DNA from: a virus
Reading direction: 5' to 3' (one strand)
DNA length: 64,000 nt
Virus record (IMG/VR): IMGVR_UViG_3300028844_007948
Location: 32,001-96,000 of that record
Part shown: one piece after another, positions 38,401-47,594 of the stretch
Layout: every line of letters starts with the position of its first letter
How positions within the stretch are numbered: position 1 is the first letter of the stretch
Notes under the pieces: generated by a model
Database searches by the model: none
What the model saw: only the letters and a program-made list of their open reading frames with translations
Told to the model about the DNA's origin: nothing
Made by a program: the position numbers and the translations under genes

Positions 38401-39425
38401 GTTTACATATTAGGAATGATTTCTTTACTTGGGCTTATTATGAATATCTGTATTTTGGTGCTCCAGCAGGGCAAAGTGGACACATATCTGCAAAAGTGAA
38501 AGGAAATGTATCTTGGGATAAATATAGTTGGGTTCAATATTGGGAATGGAAAGGAACTAACTGGCAACTCGAAACAGAAGCGTTAGGCAAATATGCGACA
38601 AGTGGATTTTCAAATTTAAACCAATCAGAATTTGATGGTTTTACGCATAGATATACAGACTTATACGGAGTTGATATACCAAGTAAAGCTAAGCAGTTTT
38701 GGTATGGCGGTATTGATAAATCTTCTTCAGCTTTATGGCCGTCTTATGAAAATAATATAGCAGCATTATGCGCTGAAAATGAACATAACCCGTTTCACCA
38801 ATCCTTTACTACACACTATGGAAGTTGGGTAGATGAATTTGCAGAAGGTTACACAAACTGGAATCATTCTATTAGGGGTATAGATTTAGGAGCAGATTCA
38901 AATAATACGCCATCAACACAAAGAGTTCTAGATAGACCTTGGTTTAGTTATTGTGCATTTAATAGAGTTCCAGGCTTGCAAATAAATTATAGAAGCAGCT
39001 TGAATTACTCAAATCAAAGAATGCTAATGGCTTTCGCAATGACTCATAGAAATTTAAACGAGATGGATAATGCAGATAGAGCCAAACCAATTCATGCACT
39101 TATGGATGCTAAATATGAAAAAATATTAAAAAGGCCATCTGTTTTAGCTCAATATGGTTATGTTGGAGATTTATTTGGATACTCTAATGAAGACGTAGGA
39201 TTTGCTAATAATGATTGGATAGATCATAATATGACAATATACGAAAGTAACGAATCAATATCTGCTGGAACTACATTTGAAGTATCTTTACATCAAGCAG
39301 GGACAGAATTTAATGATGACCCAAGAACTGAATTTGAAAAAAGAGCAGTAGATGATAATCAGGTCGGAGATGGAAGATCAAAGATAGCTTTAGATAACTA
39401 TACTTTGTATGTTGTTGCAAAATAA
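35436..39425 (+). CDS. Large putative virion appendage protein (1329 aa) with Ala-rich coiled-coil insert
   Basis: Long ORF (GTG start) after gpJ. W/Y/N/D-rich. No family recognised. Confidence 0.55.
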   Translation: MPFDQIYWNHYGGGNFADKGFFDVSESQDVRFGVTATSDSHSTFSFYGKRRDKVGSFWDLLYRDPNFPFNAHSFGNANGNNGIGDGGFWDEPDDPPQPTANNGNTKNACEESKGWTDSGFNGVCKPAREWHVGITESMVYSWPGIEDRCYTNFNVNDIKKTGNSGNNIEGVYENPTEDNLFQSQNRESCHNISNTSRVKDAQNTFIGIHKDYPLTVTATQSMRGYYLILKRKRFTYNEYKSKHTKQYGGNSSSPHWQKGGNIKLSNTDSRQGNFLRLNVAVDTDRENPWIDKPYDSTEEMATDNITGILCSPLGAPLSTTRDYEEIYNWGGGYNWRAAGESGLSGRTVEDDLLGVFRDYVPWAGIFPIPLDDQDKEINGWIYDWTVYIVNIALWKTYKPNAASETAAAKTLYDSAQATTNAQWISYQALQDDAEAKEAEYDRLKAIADDAFQDAEDAQTALNTANTAESNAWDAYIGRFNSYTPVTNSTFELSEYFEWDSSILGTTLYNEKVAEDVYAEWYDWCAEYAGYTDDTGYTWTANDSIGYKCANGTDNGNDLWGAYNDMVWWQNLADSELVAVNALGAAHTASEAVVADAVAAQVAAAAASDAANEDSNAAADASDAAQLLPAPAYTEWQRLDGISADLYEDYIIAETYESRVDEQIAAWETEEAKYPNNANSSMRDRIKNPTFYTSTRLNWRLPQFTNDTGEIDTELDVIAPTGEDHDGSVKVMDAVIHPTFVPRERAETGSVYIKSITIKKNNQVLRPAQDSIGTYIQVPSQEIYTDRSSTIKASGSKDQKWVTFTNLYNNKTDIIHRYISDTFYIKFPSGDWYEIASVENAGNKIQLTENLKETLSSSNFILYIPRGSPNVNYTWGHYDLTEFDKDTYEELVDKSKKHMWHKDDNLEEIPEELIDPQGNYGFTDDEKAALMHVINDSTAILVRDLFTNTSVDPDRDTLDTLYASPTMGLETGHTGKATRHPYFSNELSESLHIRNDFFTWAYYEYLYFGAPAGQSGHISAKVKGNVSWDKYSWVQYWEWKGTNWQLETEALGKYATSGFSNLNQSEFDGFTHRYTDLYGVDIPSKAKQFWYGGIDKSSSALWPSYENNIAALCAENEHNPFHQSFTTHYGSWVDEFAEGYTNWNHSIRGIDLGADSNNTPSTQRVLDRPWFSYCAFNRVPGLQINYRSSLNYSNQRMLMAFAMTHRNLNEMDNADRAKPIHALMDAKYEKILKRPSVLAQYGYVGDLFGYSNEDVGFANNDWIDHNMTIYESNESISAGTTFEVSLHQAGTEFNDDPRTEFEKRAVDDNQVGDGRSKIALDNYTLYVVAK

Positions 39426-39431
39426 AATTTA

Positions 39432-40610
39432 TTAACAACAATCGTTGTTTCCACAAAAGGATTGGGATGTAGGGGTTTGAGAATTATTAGCTAATTGAGT
39501 TTGCCCTTCATATGTTGGACCTTGACTTCCATCATTAGAACATGTATTACCACAATTACCTCCTGTATTTGAAGCAGTGTGACCACTTCTACCTGGGAAA
39601 TAAAACCTCTGAGTTTTTGTAGGTAAATACGGGTTGGGCAACGGAATTAAAAAAGAGTTATATCCTGGATGTTGGGCTAACCTATTTTTCATAGCCTTGG
39701 ATAACAGGCCTTTATTTGGTTTCAGTTCTGAATTTTTATAGAAAAAGTTGGCTGGATTTTGATATAAAAGAGATGATATTGATTTCATATCTAAAGATCT
39801 TCCATGAGCATAAAAAACATTCTCTTCTTTAACAAAAGACCAAACTTCAGTTTGAACTTTTTTCTTTTGCCCGTTTATTGTTTTTGTTTGCTTTCTATTG
39901 GCTGAAGTATCTACATTGGATAACGATTCTACATTTTCAGCATATTCCGACAAGTACTCGCTAATATTCTGTCTGTTAGATTGGACGGTATCACCTAATC
40001 TAGCCCCAATTCTTTTCCCCTCATTAGCGCTTATTAATTGCCCTTCAATTGGATTGTCATATATAATCTCGCTTGCAAGCTTTCCATTTTTAGGATAATA
40101 GATTCTGAAAGATGTGTTTATGGGATCTCCTCTGTAAAAAGAATGAGTGCAAGTATTAAAAACATAAATATCTTTATCGCTCATCATTTCGCAAAGAATT
40201 TCCACGAAAACCACTTCTCCATTTTGAATTTTTTTTACATCTAATATTGGAAAATTTGCATCTGTATATAAGTCTCCATCCTCACCTTTCCAGCTTGCTT
40301 CAGCATTACTGGAATACTTTACTGAATTTTTGAAATTACTATGAACTGAAATTATTGTCCAAGATACTGAAACTGGTTTAAAATTTAATGCATTGAACCT
40401 TGGTATAGAACAGGCAAAATTAGCTGTAGTTCCATTTTCATTAGTTACTGTTTTTGTTACTGTCGAATCTAGATTTAAATAGGGAGTATATATATCAGTA
40501 TATATATCTATTTTTTTTAATTCCTCATTCTGTATATTAACATATTCTTCTCTTGAAAGAGCTGCTGCAGCTTTCTTAACTTCGTCTATATCTACAAATT
40601 CATCACTCAT
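39432..40610 (-). CDS. Hypothetical protein with Cys-rich C-terminus (likely start ATG 40610)
   Basis: Long ORF coupled to the upstream minus-strand gene. Ends GGNCGNTCS...FCGNNDCC. Confidence 0.55.
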   Translation of the reverse strand: MSDEFVDIDEVKKAAAALSREEYVNIQNEELKKIDIYTDIYTPYLNLDSTVTKTVTNENGTTANFACSIPRFNALNFKPVSVSWTIISVHSNFKNSVKYSSNAEASWKGEDGDLYTDANFPILDVKKIQNGEVVFVEILCEMMSDKDIYVFNTCTHSFYRGDPINTSFRIYYPKNGKLASEIIYDNPIEGQLISANEGKRIGARLGDTVQSNRQNISEYLSEYAENVESLSNVDTSANRKQTKTINGQKKKVQTEVWSFVKEENVFYAHGRSLDMKSISSLLYQNPANFFYKNSELKPNKGLLSKAMKNRLAQHPGYNSFLIPLPNPYLPTKTQRFYFPGRSGHTASNTGGNCGNTCSNDGSQGPTYEGQTQLANNSQTPTSQSFCGNNDCC

Positions 40611-40611
40611 T

Positions 40612-43002
40612 TTAAACAGTATCAAAAGGGTCTTGGTCTAATGGCACATATGATGGGTAATCGGTCCAGTCTATTTTTTTTGATTTTTCTGCGACTTGAT
40701 TAATAACCGAATCGCTGCTTGCTTCAGATGGATCAAGCTGTTCATGTTTTTTGTGTGCAAAAATTTGCGAGGGATGAACATTCCAGGCATCTGATTTTTT
40801 TTCAGGGCCAGCGCTCTCCATGTGATTATAAATATCTCCAAAATGATTTTCTACAACTTGAACATATCTTTGATTATGCGCATAGAAATATGCCCAATTA
40901 GGACTATGAGAACCTCCATCTTTATAATAAAAAGGTTCATCTGTATAATCTAATTCAACTATCCATCCTCTTACTTTAGTAAGATATTCAGCTAATTGAA
41001 CAGTAGCTGCATTGATATCATACATGGGGGCATTAGTAATTCCATGTATGGGAAGAAATTCTGAAAGAGCATTATGCTGCTTGTCTCCATCAAAATTTTC
41101 CAAAGCTTCTTCGTATTTACCATTACTGGTAATTATAAGCTCGTCTTCTCCTTCGCCTTCTTCGAATGTAAAAATCTTATTTAAAGTACTCTGTCTATAT
41201 GTTTTCATCAGATAGGGGTCGTATCTTCCAGTTATGTTTGGAAGCCCTGGGTATTTATGCACTCCTGTATAAAATACTGCCCTAGAAATCCAATCTTGAT
41301 TTTCATTCCTTTGGTTTTTTCCGTTAAAATAACCATTGTGTTGACCATTTGAATAACATGTATAAAGGGCAGCATATATACCAGTATTATTAAATCTGTT
41401 ACCGTAAAGGTTTACATTGTTAAGTTGATTATTTGTAATAAATTGAGCGAAACATCCTTTAGGAAAAAGTTCATCTTTATCTCTATCGAGTTCAGTTAAG
41501 TTGTAATATGGACACCTACTGTGAGCTGGGGGATTTTTGTAACGTCTTCTCCAGGGCTGATTTCTAACTCCATTTTTTAAAAACGATAAATCTGAAATTG
41601 GGCCCATTTGATTTAAGAAATCAAGATTACATCCAGAAACACTAAACTCAGTAAGAAAAGGCATGCATCTTGGATCGAAGTACATATACTCAAGATTTGG
41701 GCAATCCATAAATTTAAATCTTCGAACACCTTCAACAGAATCTTTAAGGCCAGGATGGATTCTTACAGATTTTAACTGATTTGTATCTGATACACTAACA
41801 ATATTAAATCTATCATATTTGTGTCCCCAAAATGAAAAAGGAGCCCCGTATTGAAAATTATACAAAGCATTGTAATCTTTAACTCCTTGTTCTATAAGAG
41901 AATATTTATTTATTCCATATGGTTGAATCCATCTGGATTTAGCTCTTGTTATTTTAAAAACAGGTTTAGCGTTGAGAACTCGTAGTTCTTGTTCTGTATT
42001 GTTTATATTTAAGGGTTTATCAAATTCAACATCCATGCTCATGTTTACATGGTTTTTGTAGGCTTTTGTTGGAATCACCATTTGATTTGCAGGTTCCCAA
42101 TAGTAACCAGTAAGAAGGTATCCGTAATCTTCTGGATCATCTTGTTTGATATATTGTCCTATTACATGATTTCTTTTTGGATCCACGGTATCTCCTATCG
42201 CTAAATCGTAAATTTTATATTGAATTCCAATTTCTGCAGTAACATCATACCTCTCTTCTCTTCCCCAAACTGCGGTACCTATAGATTCAATTCCAGTTTT
42301 TACATAATTTAGATGATAAAGAGCATAGTCATCATCAGAACCATCGTATCCTGCTAAAGTTCCGCTTATAAAGCTTGGGTCTGTCTGGTATTCTGGTCTA
42401 ATATAAATATTACTTTCCCTATCTCCCTTCGATTTTGCCTGAAGTTGAAAAGGGCCCCATCGAGGCTCTGATATATCACCTAACTTGGAAACCAGATATC
42501 CGCTCGAACCACTTACTAAATCTTCATCTATTATGGTTTGAATCTCTTCTGATGTATAACAATACTTAACTGGTCTGCTAACTTTTTCATTGCCATTAGC
42601 CTCTAAATATGAAATTCTATAAAAATTACCCCAATATTGGTTGTGGTACTGTTTAGATTCCTCGATCATACCTCCCCATATATCACCTTTCAATAAGTTA
42701 TGGTATCTTACAACATCCTGATGAACAAAAGGTTTTTCATCTTCATTCGGTTGAGTGTTTTGGAAAGATTTATTGTTTTGATGTTCTATGCCAAGGGGGT
42801 CCTTGAGATGATCGTAATCATTTATTGATATATTAAACTTTTTAGCAATCTTTTTTAGGTAATAAGTAGGCCTATCAATTAGATCCCTGACCGTCAGTTT
42901 ATCTTCTATACTATTCCAGCTGGGCAGCTGATTAGCTATCACTCCACCCCTAGGAGAAATTCTGCCTGCACCAGCCTTTATGTTACGAACTTTTTTAGCC
43001 AT
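40612..43002 (-). CDS. Hypothetical protein with LRR-like C-terminal region
   Basis: MDCPNLEYM / CMPFLTEFSVSGCNLDFL / QLNNVNLYGNRF repeats and a LTKVRGWIV cap. Confidence 0.5.
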   Translation of the reverse strand: MAKKVRNIKAGAGRISPRGGVIANQLPSWNSIEDKLTVRDLIDRPTYYLKKIAKKFNISINDYDHLKDPLGIEHQNNKSFQNTQPNEDEKPFVHQDVVRYHNLLKGDIWGGMIEESKQYHNQYWGNFYRISYLEANGNEKVSRPVKYCYTSEEIQTIIDEDLVSGSSGYLVSKLGDISEPRWGPFQLQAKSKGDRESNIYIRPEYQTDPSFISGTLAGYDGSDDDYALYHLNYVKTGIESIGTAVWGREERYDVTAEIGIQYKIYDLAIGDTVDPKRNHVIGQYIKQDDPEDYGYLLTGYYWEPANQMVIPTKAYKNHVNMSMDVEFDKPLNINNTEQELRVLNAKPVFKITRAKSRWIQPYGINKYSLIEQGVKDYNALYNFQYGAPFSFWGHKYDRFNIVSVSDTNQLKSVRIHPGLKDSVEGVRRFKFMDCPNLEYMYFDPRCMPFLTEFSVSGCNLDFLNQMGPISDLSFLKNGVRNQPWRRRYKNPPAHSRCPYYNLTELDRDKDELFPKGCFAQFITNNQLNNVNLYGNRFNNTGIYAALYTCYSNGQHNGYFNGKNQRNENQDWISRAVFYTGVHKYPGLPNITGRYDPYLMKTYRQSTLNKIFTFEEGEGEDELIITSNGKYEEALENFDGDKQHNALSEFLPIHGITNAPMYDINAATVQLAEYLTKVRGWIVELDYTDEPFYYKDGGSHSPNWAYFYAHNQRYVQVVENHFGDIYNHMESAGPEKKSDAWNVHPSQIFAHKKHEQLDPSEASSDSVINQVAEKSKKIDWTDYPSYVPLDQDPFDTV

Positions 43003-43009
43003 CAAATAT

Positions 43010-43050
43010 ATTATACACTAGAATGAAAAAAATGCTATTTTAATGTGTAA
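43010..43050. promoter_or_regulatory. Divergent pair of GTGTA promoter motifs
   Basis: GTGTATAAT on minus (43018-43010) starts 16 nt before ATG 43002. GTGTAA on plus (43045-43050) starts 15 nt before ATG 43060. Confidence 0.5.
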
Positions 43051-43059
43051 AATATTTAT

Positions 43060-44211
43060 ATGGTAAACAATTCCATACTAAGGTACAATTCGGCGAGACT
43101 ATTTGGTCAGTCAAGGACCGCTGGCGAAACTATAAATCCAATAACCTTAGTAACAGATTTCCAATTTGGTTTCAATATAAATAGAGAAACTATAAAATCG
43201 GTAGGTTATAGCGAAATACTAAGACCTGTAGTAGCCAACCAAAGGCCTTACTTTAGTTTTTCATATTACCTTTCTGATGTTGATAACGAAAAATTATTTA
43301 GAATGCCTGTCACAGCGGACGAAGCAATACACGAAAAAATGCCCATGTTTACAGGTCTTGAAACAATGGACTTTTTCTTTTTATCTTCTGAAAGTGGTCA
43401 AGATTTTATAGACATCAATAAAGATGAACTTTCAGCCTGTGTTTTTACGGGAGCGTTTTTAACTTCATATAGTATGGAAATACTGACATCTGGAGTTATA
43501 AAAATAAATGTTTCTTGGGAGGCTGACAATGTAAAATTTCAAAAATTTAAAAATGTTTCTGGTTATGAGTTCATAGATTATGATGTAGAAGATTTAAATA
43601 TGACAACCCAGAGTGATTTTGAATTAAATGATGGGGTAGAAGATATTAATTTAGATGTAGGAGGATTTGGAGTTCAAGGTGGGCTCCAGTCTTTTAACTT
43701 TTCAGCAGACATTCCAACCAAAACCCTTTATGATTTCGGTCAATATTCACACAAAAAAGATATAAAATTTCCAGTAGAGGGCAGGATCTCAGCTAAAGCA
43801 TTTGTGAGAAGCCAGATGGAAGGAAGATTGGACAATATACTTTGTTCTGATAAAGGGGTTGATTTTTTGTTCTCAAATTATAGACAAGATTGCGAAAACC
43901 CTCAATATAGAAATTATAAATCTGGGTTTTTATTTAAAAATGCACAAATTTTATCACAAAAATACAGTTTAAACACTAACAGGGGTAATTATTTCGTAGC
44001 AGATTTAGAATTTATAATATATATAACAAAAGAAAAAGGGGTATATATATCTAAACACATAACCCCAAAGACTGATGGAACATTTCAAGGGGAAGATGGG
44101 AATGAAATACTTAACTTAATTTTAGAGGTTGAGGGTGGTGGAGGGGGAATTTTATCAGAAGTTGCTGGTGATATGATTAATTCACTGAGAGATTTAAGAA
44201 ACAAAGTGTAA
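43060..44211 (+). CDS. Tail tube paralog (minor tube/collar protein)
   Basis: VTDFQFGFNINRETIKSVG...FSYYLSDVDNE aligns with tube VQSANYSFTINRTDVNTFG...FTYYPTDGFNE. Second domain LQSFNFSADIPTKTLYDFG. Confidence 0.65.
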   Translation: MVNNSILRYNSARLFGQSRTAGETINPITLVTDFQFGFNINRETIKSVGYSEILRPVVANQRPYFSFSYYLSDVDNEKLFRMPVTADEAIHEKMPMFTGLETMDFFFLSSESGQDFIDINKDELSACVFTGAFLTSYSMEILTSGVIKINVSWEADNVKFQKFKNVSGYEFIDYDVEDLNMTTQSDFELNDGVEDINLDVGGFGVQGGLQSFNFSADIPTKTLYDFGQYSHKKDIKFPVEGRISAKAFVRSQMEGRLDNILCSDKGVDFLFSNYRQDCENPQYRNYKSGFLFKNAQILSQKYSLNTNRGNYFVADLEFIIYITKEKGVYISKHITPKTDGTFQGEDGNEILNLILEVEGGGGGILSEVAGDMINSLRDLRNKV

Positions 44212-44220
44212 TAATAATTA

Positions 44221-46650
44221 ATGGCTATAGATAGAAAAATATCGGACCTTGACAACTTACCAGGTTTGCAGTTCACACCACCTCAAGATGGTGACTATTT
44301 CCTTATAGCTAGAGAGGATGTAAATAACTATAAATTAAGCTACGGAAGAGTTTATGCTCAGTTGCGTGAAAATGTAGTTTTTACTACTGGAAATCAAGCA
44401 ATAGAGGGAGAGAAAACTTTCCATGATTATATACACGCCCCACTCATTAAAGGCGGGTTAGAAGGTAATGTAACAGGAGATCTTCAAGGTACAGCTAGAT
44501 ATGTGCAAGATGGACTATATCTGACTGGGGATCAATATGTTAGTGGAATAAAAACATTCGAACAATTTATTGTTGGTAATGTTAGTGGTGATTTATCGGG
44601 AATAGCTAGGCATGTGGTCCATGGAGTATACACTACTGGGGATCAAGATATATATGGGGTAAAAACTTTTGACGAGTTTTTAATAGGTAATGTAAGCGGA
44701 AACCTCTCTGGCACAGCAAGATATGTAGTAGACGGGGTTTATGTTACTGGAGATCAAACCATATATGGTCATAAAACATTCAACTCTTTTATATCCTCTA
44801 ATGTAAGCGGAAATCTTTCGGGGATAGCAAGGTATGTACAGGATGGTGTGTATACCACTGGTAATCAAACAATAAGTGGGGTTAAAGATTTCAGAGAAGA
44901 CCTACTTGTAAGCGGTAAATCTATTGAGGTTTTAATAAAATCTGGAATATCTGATGTAGAAAAAGAAATTAGCTCCCTTCAAGAGTTTTCTGTTCTAACG
45001 ACAGGAGATCAAATAATAAGTGGGGTTAAAACTTTTGATTCATTTATCTCAGGAAATGTTAGTGGTAATCTTTCGGGAACAGCAAGGTATGTACAAGACG
45101 GCGTATATACAACAGGTAACCAAATCATTAGCGGAGTAAAAACTTTTGATTCGTTTATCTCAGGAAATGTTAGTGGTAATCTTTCGGGAACCGCTCTTTA
45201 TGTCCAAAGTGGAGTCTATACTACTGGAGATCAACAAATAACAGGTAGAAAAGATTTTCTGGGAGAGCTTTACATAAGCGGAAAGCCTTTCTCTCAATAC
45301 AGTACAAAATTAGACGAACATCAAGTTTTAATAATTACTGGGTTTAATCAAACAGTAAGCGGAAGAAAAGTTTTTCAAGACTACTTAGTTCCATCTGGAG
45401 GGATAACAACAACAGGGGAAGATAAAAGTTTACTTATAACTGCTGACGAAAATGAGCTAGTAGATGTTCCAGGAAAATCTTTAGTTATAAATTTCGAAAG
45501 TGGGGTTTATATTACTGGCTCCGACCTACATGTCCAAGGTAAAATTTATGCTGATGAAATCGAAGCCGTAGACTCTATTATGGGGAACTCTGGGGCTATG
45601 GTTCTCACCGATGGTAGAGACCCAACCTTATTTGAGGGTCCAGATGAAAGTCTTATTATGGGAGACTCTGGAGCTATGGTTCTCACCGATGGTAGGGACC
45701 CAGCCTTATTTGAGGGTCCAGACTATAGCCTGTCTATGGCCTTCAGGAGTGGAGTATTCATTACAGGGGGGGCAGACTTACATGTAGAAGGAAAAATTTA
45801 TGCCGAAGAGATCGAAGCTATTGATTCAATAGCTGGCGAATCTGGAGCTATGGTTCTCACCGACGGTAGAGACCCCGCTTTATTCGAAGGACCAGACTAT
45901 AGCCTTACAATGGCCTTCAGGAGCGGGGTCTTTATCACAGGTGGATCCCTGAATCTAGATAGACCACCAACGATAAAAGGAAAAAACATTTTAAAAAGCT
46001 CAATAAAAAGAACTGAAATAGCTTGTAATTTTTGGTGGAGTTCTGATTCTAAAAATGTTTACTTACCAATAGCAGACTCTTCTTCAAGTAAAATTACTAA
46101 ATCTGAAATGGGTCTTGAGTCAATTAGACTTATGAGCTACCAAGGAAGAGTTGCTAGAATTAGCTATTCTATAACAAAAACAAATCCACATGGAATTAAA
46201 AACCCTCAGTTTAATATAATAACAGGGCAAGCAGTAAATCACAGTTGTGCCGAACCATTTGAGGAATGTAAATTATCTTTTATTGATGAAGACGGTTTAA
46301 CATCAGAAGATATATCAGAATCTTCTAATATAGAATATGAAAAATGGATGGATACATTTGGAATATATAATCAATTTGGACCATCGAGCCCCAATGTTCC
46401 TTGTTGTTATCCATATCCTGGAGTAACTCCAATCAGGCGAGATGAAAAGCAAGAAGGGATAATTGAATATAGCACGCCTCAGCAATATATTGTATACTCA
46501 CAAGAATTTGAAAATAAATTTCATTTTAACGAAAAAACATTTTTAGCTATACAAATGGATAAAGACGGTAATGAAGGCGATAAATGTTTTCAAGGAAATA
46601 TAAATCAACCTATTATGGTTACTATTGAACTCGAAGAGTTCTTGAATTAG
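44221..46650 (+). CDS. Tail fibre-like repeat protein
   Basis: N-terminal RKISDL anchor-like motif, 37-aa TGxQxIxGxKTF...GNVSGNLSG repeats, second repeat type SGAMVLTDGRDP. Confidence 0.7.
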   Translation: MAIDRKISDLDNLPGLQFTPPQDGDYFLIAREDVNNYKLSYGRVYAQLRENVVFTTGNQAIEGEKTFHDYIHAPLIKGGLEGNVTGDLQGTARYVQDGLYLTGDQYVSGIKTFEQFIVGNVSGDLSGIARHVVHGVYTTGDQDIYGVKTFDEFLIGNVSGNLSGTARYVVDGVYVTGDQTIYGHKTFNSFISSNVSGNLSGIARYVQDGVYTTGNQTISGVKDFREDLLVSGKSIEVLIKSGISDVEKEISSLQEFSVLTTGDQIISGVKTFDSFISGNVSGNLSGTARYVQDGVYTTGNQIISGVKTFDSFISGNVSGNLSGTALYVQSGVYTTGDQQITGRKDFLGELYISGKPFSQYSTKLDEHQVLIITGFNQTVSGRKVFQDYLVPSGGITTTGEDKSLLITADENELVDVPGKSLVINFESGVYITGSDLHVQGKIYADEIEAVDSIMGNSGAMVLTDGRDPTLFEGPDESLIMGDSGAMVLTDGRDPALFEGPDYSLSMAFRSGVFITGGADLHVEGKIYAEEIEAIDSIAGESGAMVLTDGRDPALFEGPDYSLTMAFRSGVFITGGSLNLDRPPTIKGKNILKSSIKRTEIACNFWWSSDSKNVYLPIADSSSSKITKSEMGLESIRLMSYQGRVARISYSITKTNPHGIKNPQFNIITGQAVNHSCAEPFEECKLSFIDEDGLTSEDISESSNIEYEKWMDTFGIYNQFGPSSPNVPCCYPYPGVTPIRRDEKQEGIIEYSTPQQYIVYSQEFENKFHFNEKTFLAIQMDKDGNEGDKCFQGNINQPIMVTIELEEFLN
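44374..45375 (+). repeat. Tandem ~111-bp (37-aa) fibre repeats
   Basis: Nine TG[DN]Q-type motifs, six full units. Copies at 45031 and 45142 are nearly identical in DNA. Confidence 0.9.
45589..45945 (+). repeat. Three copies of SGAMVLTDGRDPxLFEGPD (78-bp and 174-bp offsets)
   Basis: Near-identical DNA copies starting at 45589, 45667 and 45841. Confidence 0.9.
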
Positions 46651-46986
46651 TTACTTATTTTTTACTAAAGTAAAAAAAAGATAAGATATATATGGCCAAG
46701 AAAAGGTTGATGCTAAAATCAGCCAATAACTAGATCCAGATAGTTGACATATAATAAGACTTATCATCCATGATAAATGGGTTGATAAACAAAGCGGACA
46801 CATTAAAAGCTCCCCAAACCAACCTCCGTTCATACACAAATAGTCTTCAAGATCTTCCGTTGTAAATATTTTTTTATTTTTTTTAAAAAAATTAAAAAAG
46901 TGAACAGATATATTTGTCAACTTCCATATACATATAATGTTAGAAACTATTAAAGCTCCCAATATATAATACATAATTATATTCAT
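46651..46986 (-). CDS. Small membrane protein with CPxC motif (DUF1360-like)
   Basis: Hydrophobic helices and GELLMCPLCLSTHLSW. Confidence 0.55.
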   Translation of the reverse strand: MNIIMYYILGALIVSNIICIWKLTNISVHFFNFFKKNKKIFTTEDLEDYLCMNGGWFGELLMCPLCLSTHLSWMISLIICQLSGSSYWLILASTFSWPYISYLFFTLVKNK

Positions 46987-47207
46987 AACCCTATTTGAAT
47001 CATTTTTGCATAAATGATTTGCCTGTATTTACTATATATAGAACTTTTTTTGCATGAGCTACAGCCTGGACCCCCTAATTCTTTTTGGAGTGAAGCTTTA
47101 ATGTCTTTACAGTTGACCATTTTAGATCCATATTCTTCTTGGCAAAAATTTTCATTACTAACGAAAAGTGAGAAAACCTTTTCTCTTAATTGTTGCTGGT
47201 TGCTCAT
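46983..47207 (-). CDS. Small hypothetical protein with CSSC motif
   Basis: 74 aa, translationally coupled to neighbours. Confidence 0.55.
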   Translation of the reverse strand: MSNQQQLREKVFSLFVSNENFCQEEYGSKMVNCKDIKASLQKELGGPGCSSCKKSSIYSKYRQIIYAKMIQIGL

Positions 47208-47209
47208 AT

Positions 47210-47593
47210 TTAAAAATCAATTTTGTAATCTTTAGTTTCTACGGTTTTCTTTTTATCTTCAGGATGTTTTGCTCCACCTCTTTTTTTTGAATAATCTTTA
47301 AAATATTTCTTTTTTACGGGATCAACTCCACCATTTTTTTCTGCTCTAGCATTGGAGAGTTCAGCACTTCTATCCAGTAAGTCTCCATATGTTCCTTTTG
47401 TGTTTCTTGTCTTTTCTACAAAATCTTTATTACTCCATGGGTCAATTGTGCCCTCGGTATTCAGTTGGCTAGGAGTAAAAAATCTATTCCACTCTAAGCC
47501 ATTTTCGTCAAAATAAACATGATCATCCTTCATTGATTGAATAACCTCTATCAATTCACTAGTTTCAGGATTTTGATATACATATATAGGCAT
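47210..47593 (-). CDS. FmdB-family-like protein lacking the Zn-ribbon cysteines
   Basis: MPIYVYQNPETSELIEVIQSMKD matches the FmdB pattern MPxYxYxCxxCGxxFExxQxM without the Cys residues. Confidence 0.55.
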   Translation of the reverse strand: MPIYVYQNPETSELIEVIQSMKDDHVYFDENGLEWNRFFTPSQLNTEGTIDPWSNKDFVEKTRNTKGTYGDLLDRSAELSNARAEKNGGVDPVKKKYFKDYSKKRGGAKHPEDKKKTVETKDYKIDF

Positions 47594-47594
47594 T

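Noticed and set aside
44374-45945. Diversity-generating retroelement TR/VR pair
   Set aside because: Repeat differences are mostly synonymous and not adenine-specific, copies are tandem in one ORF, and no reverse transcriptase is in the window.
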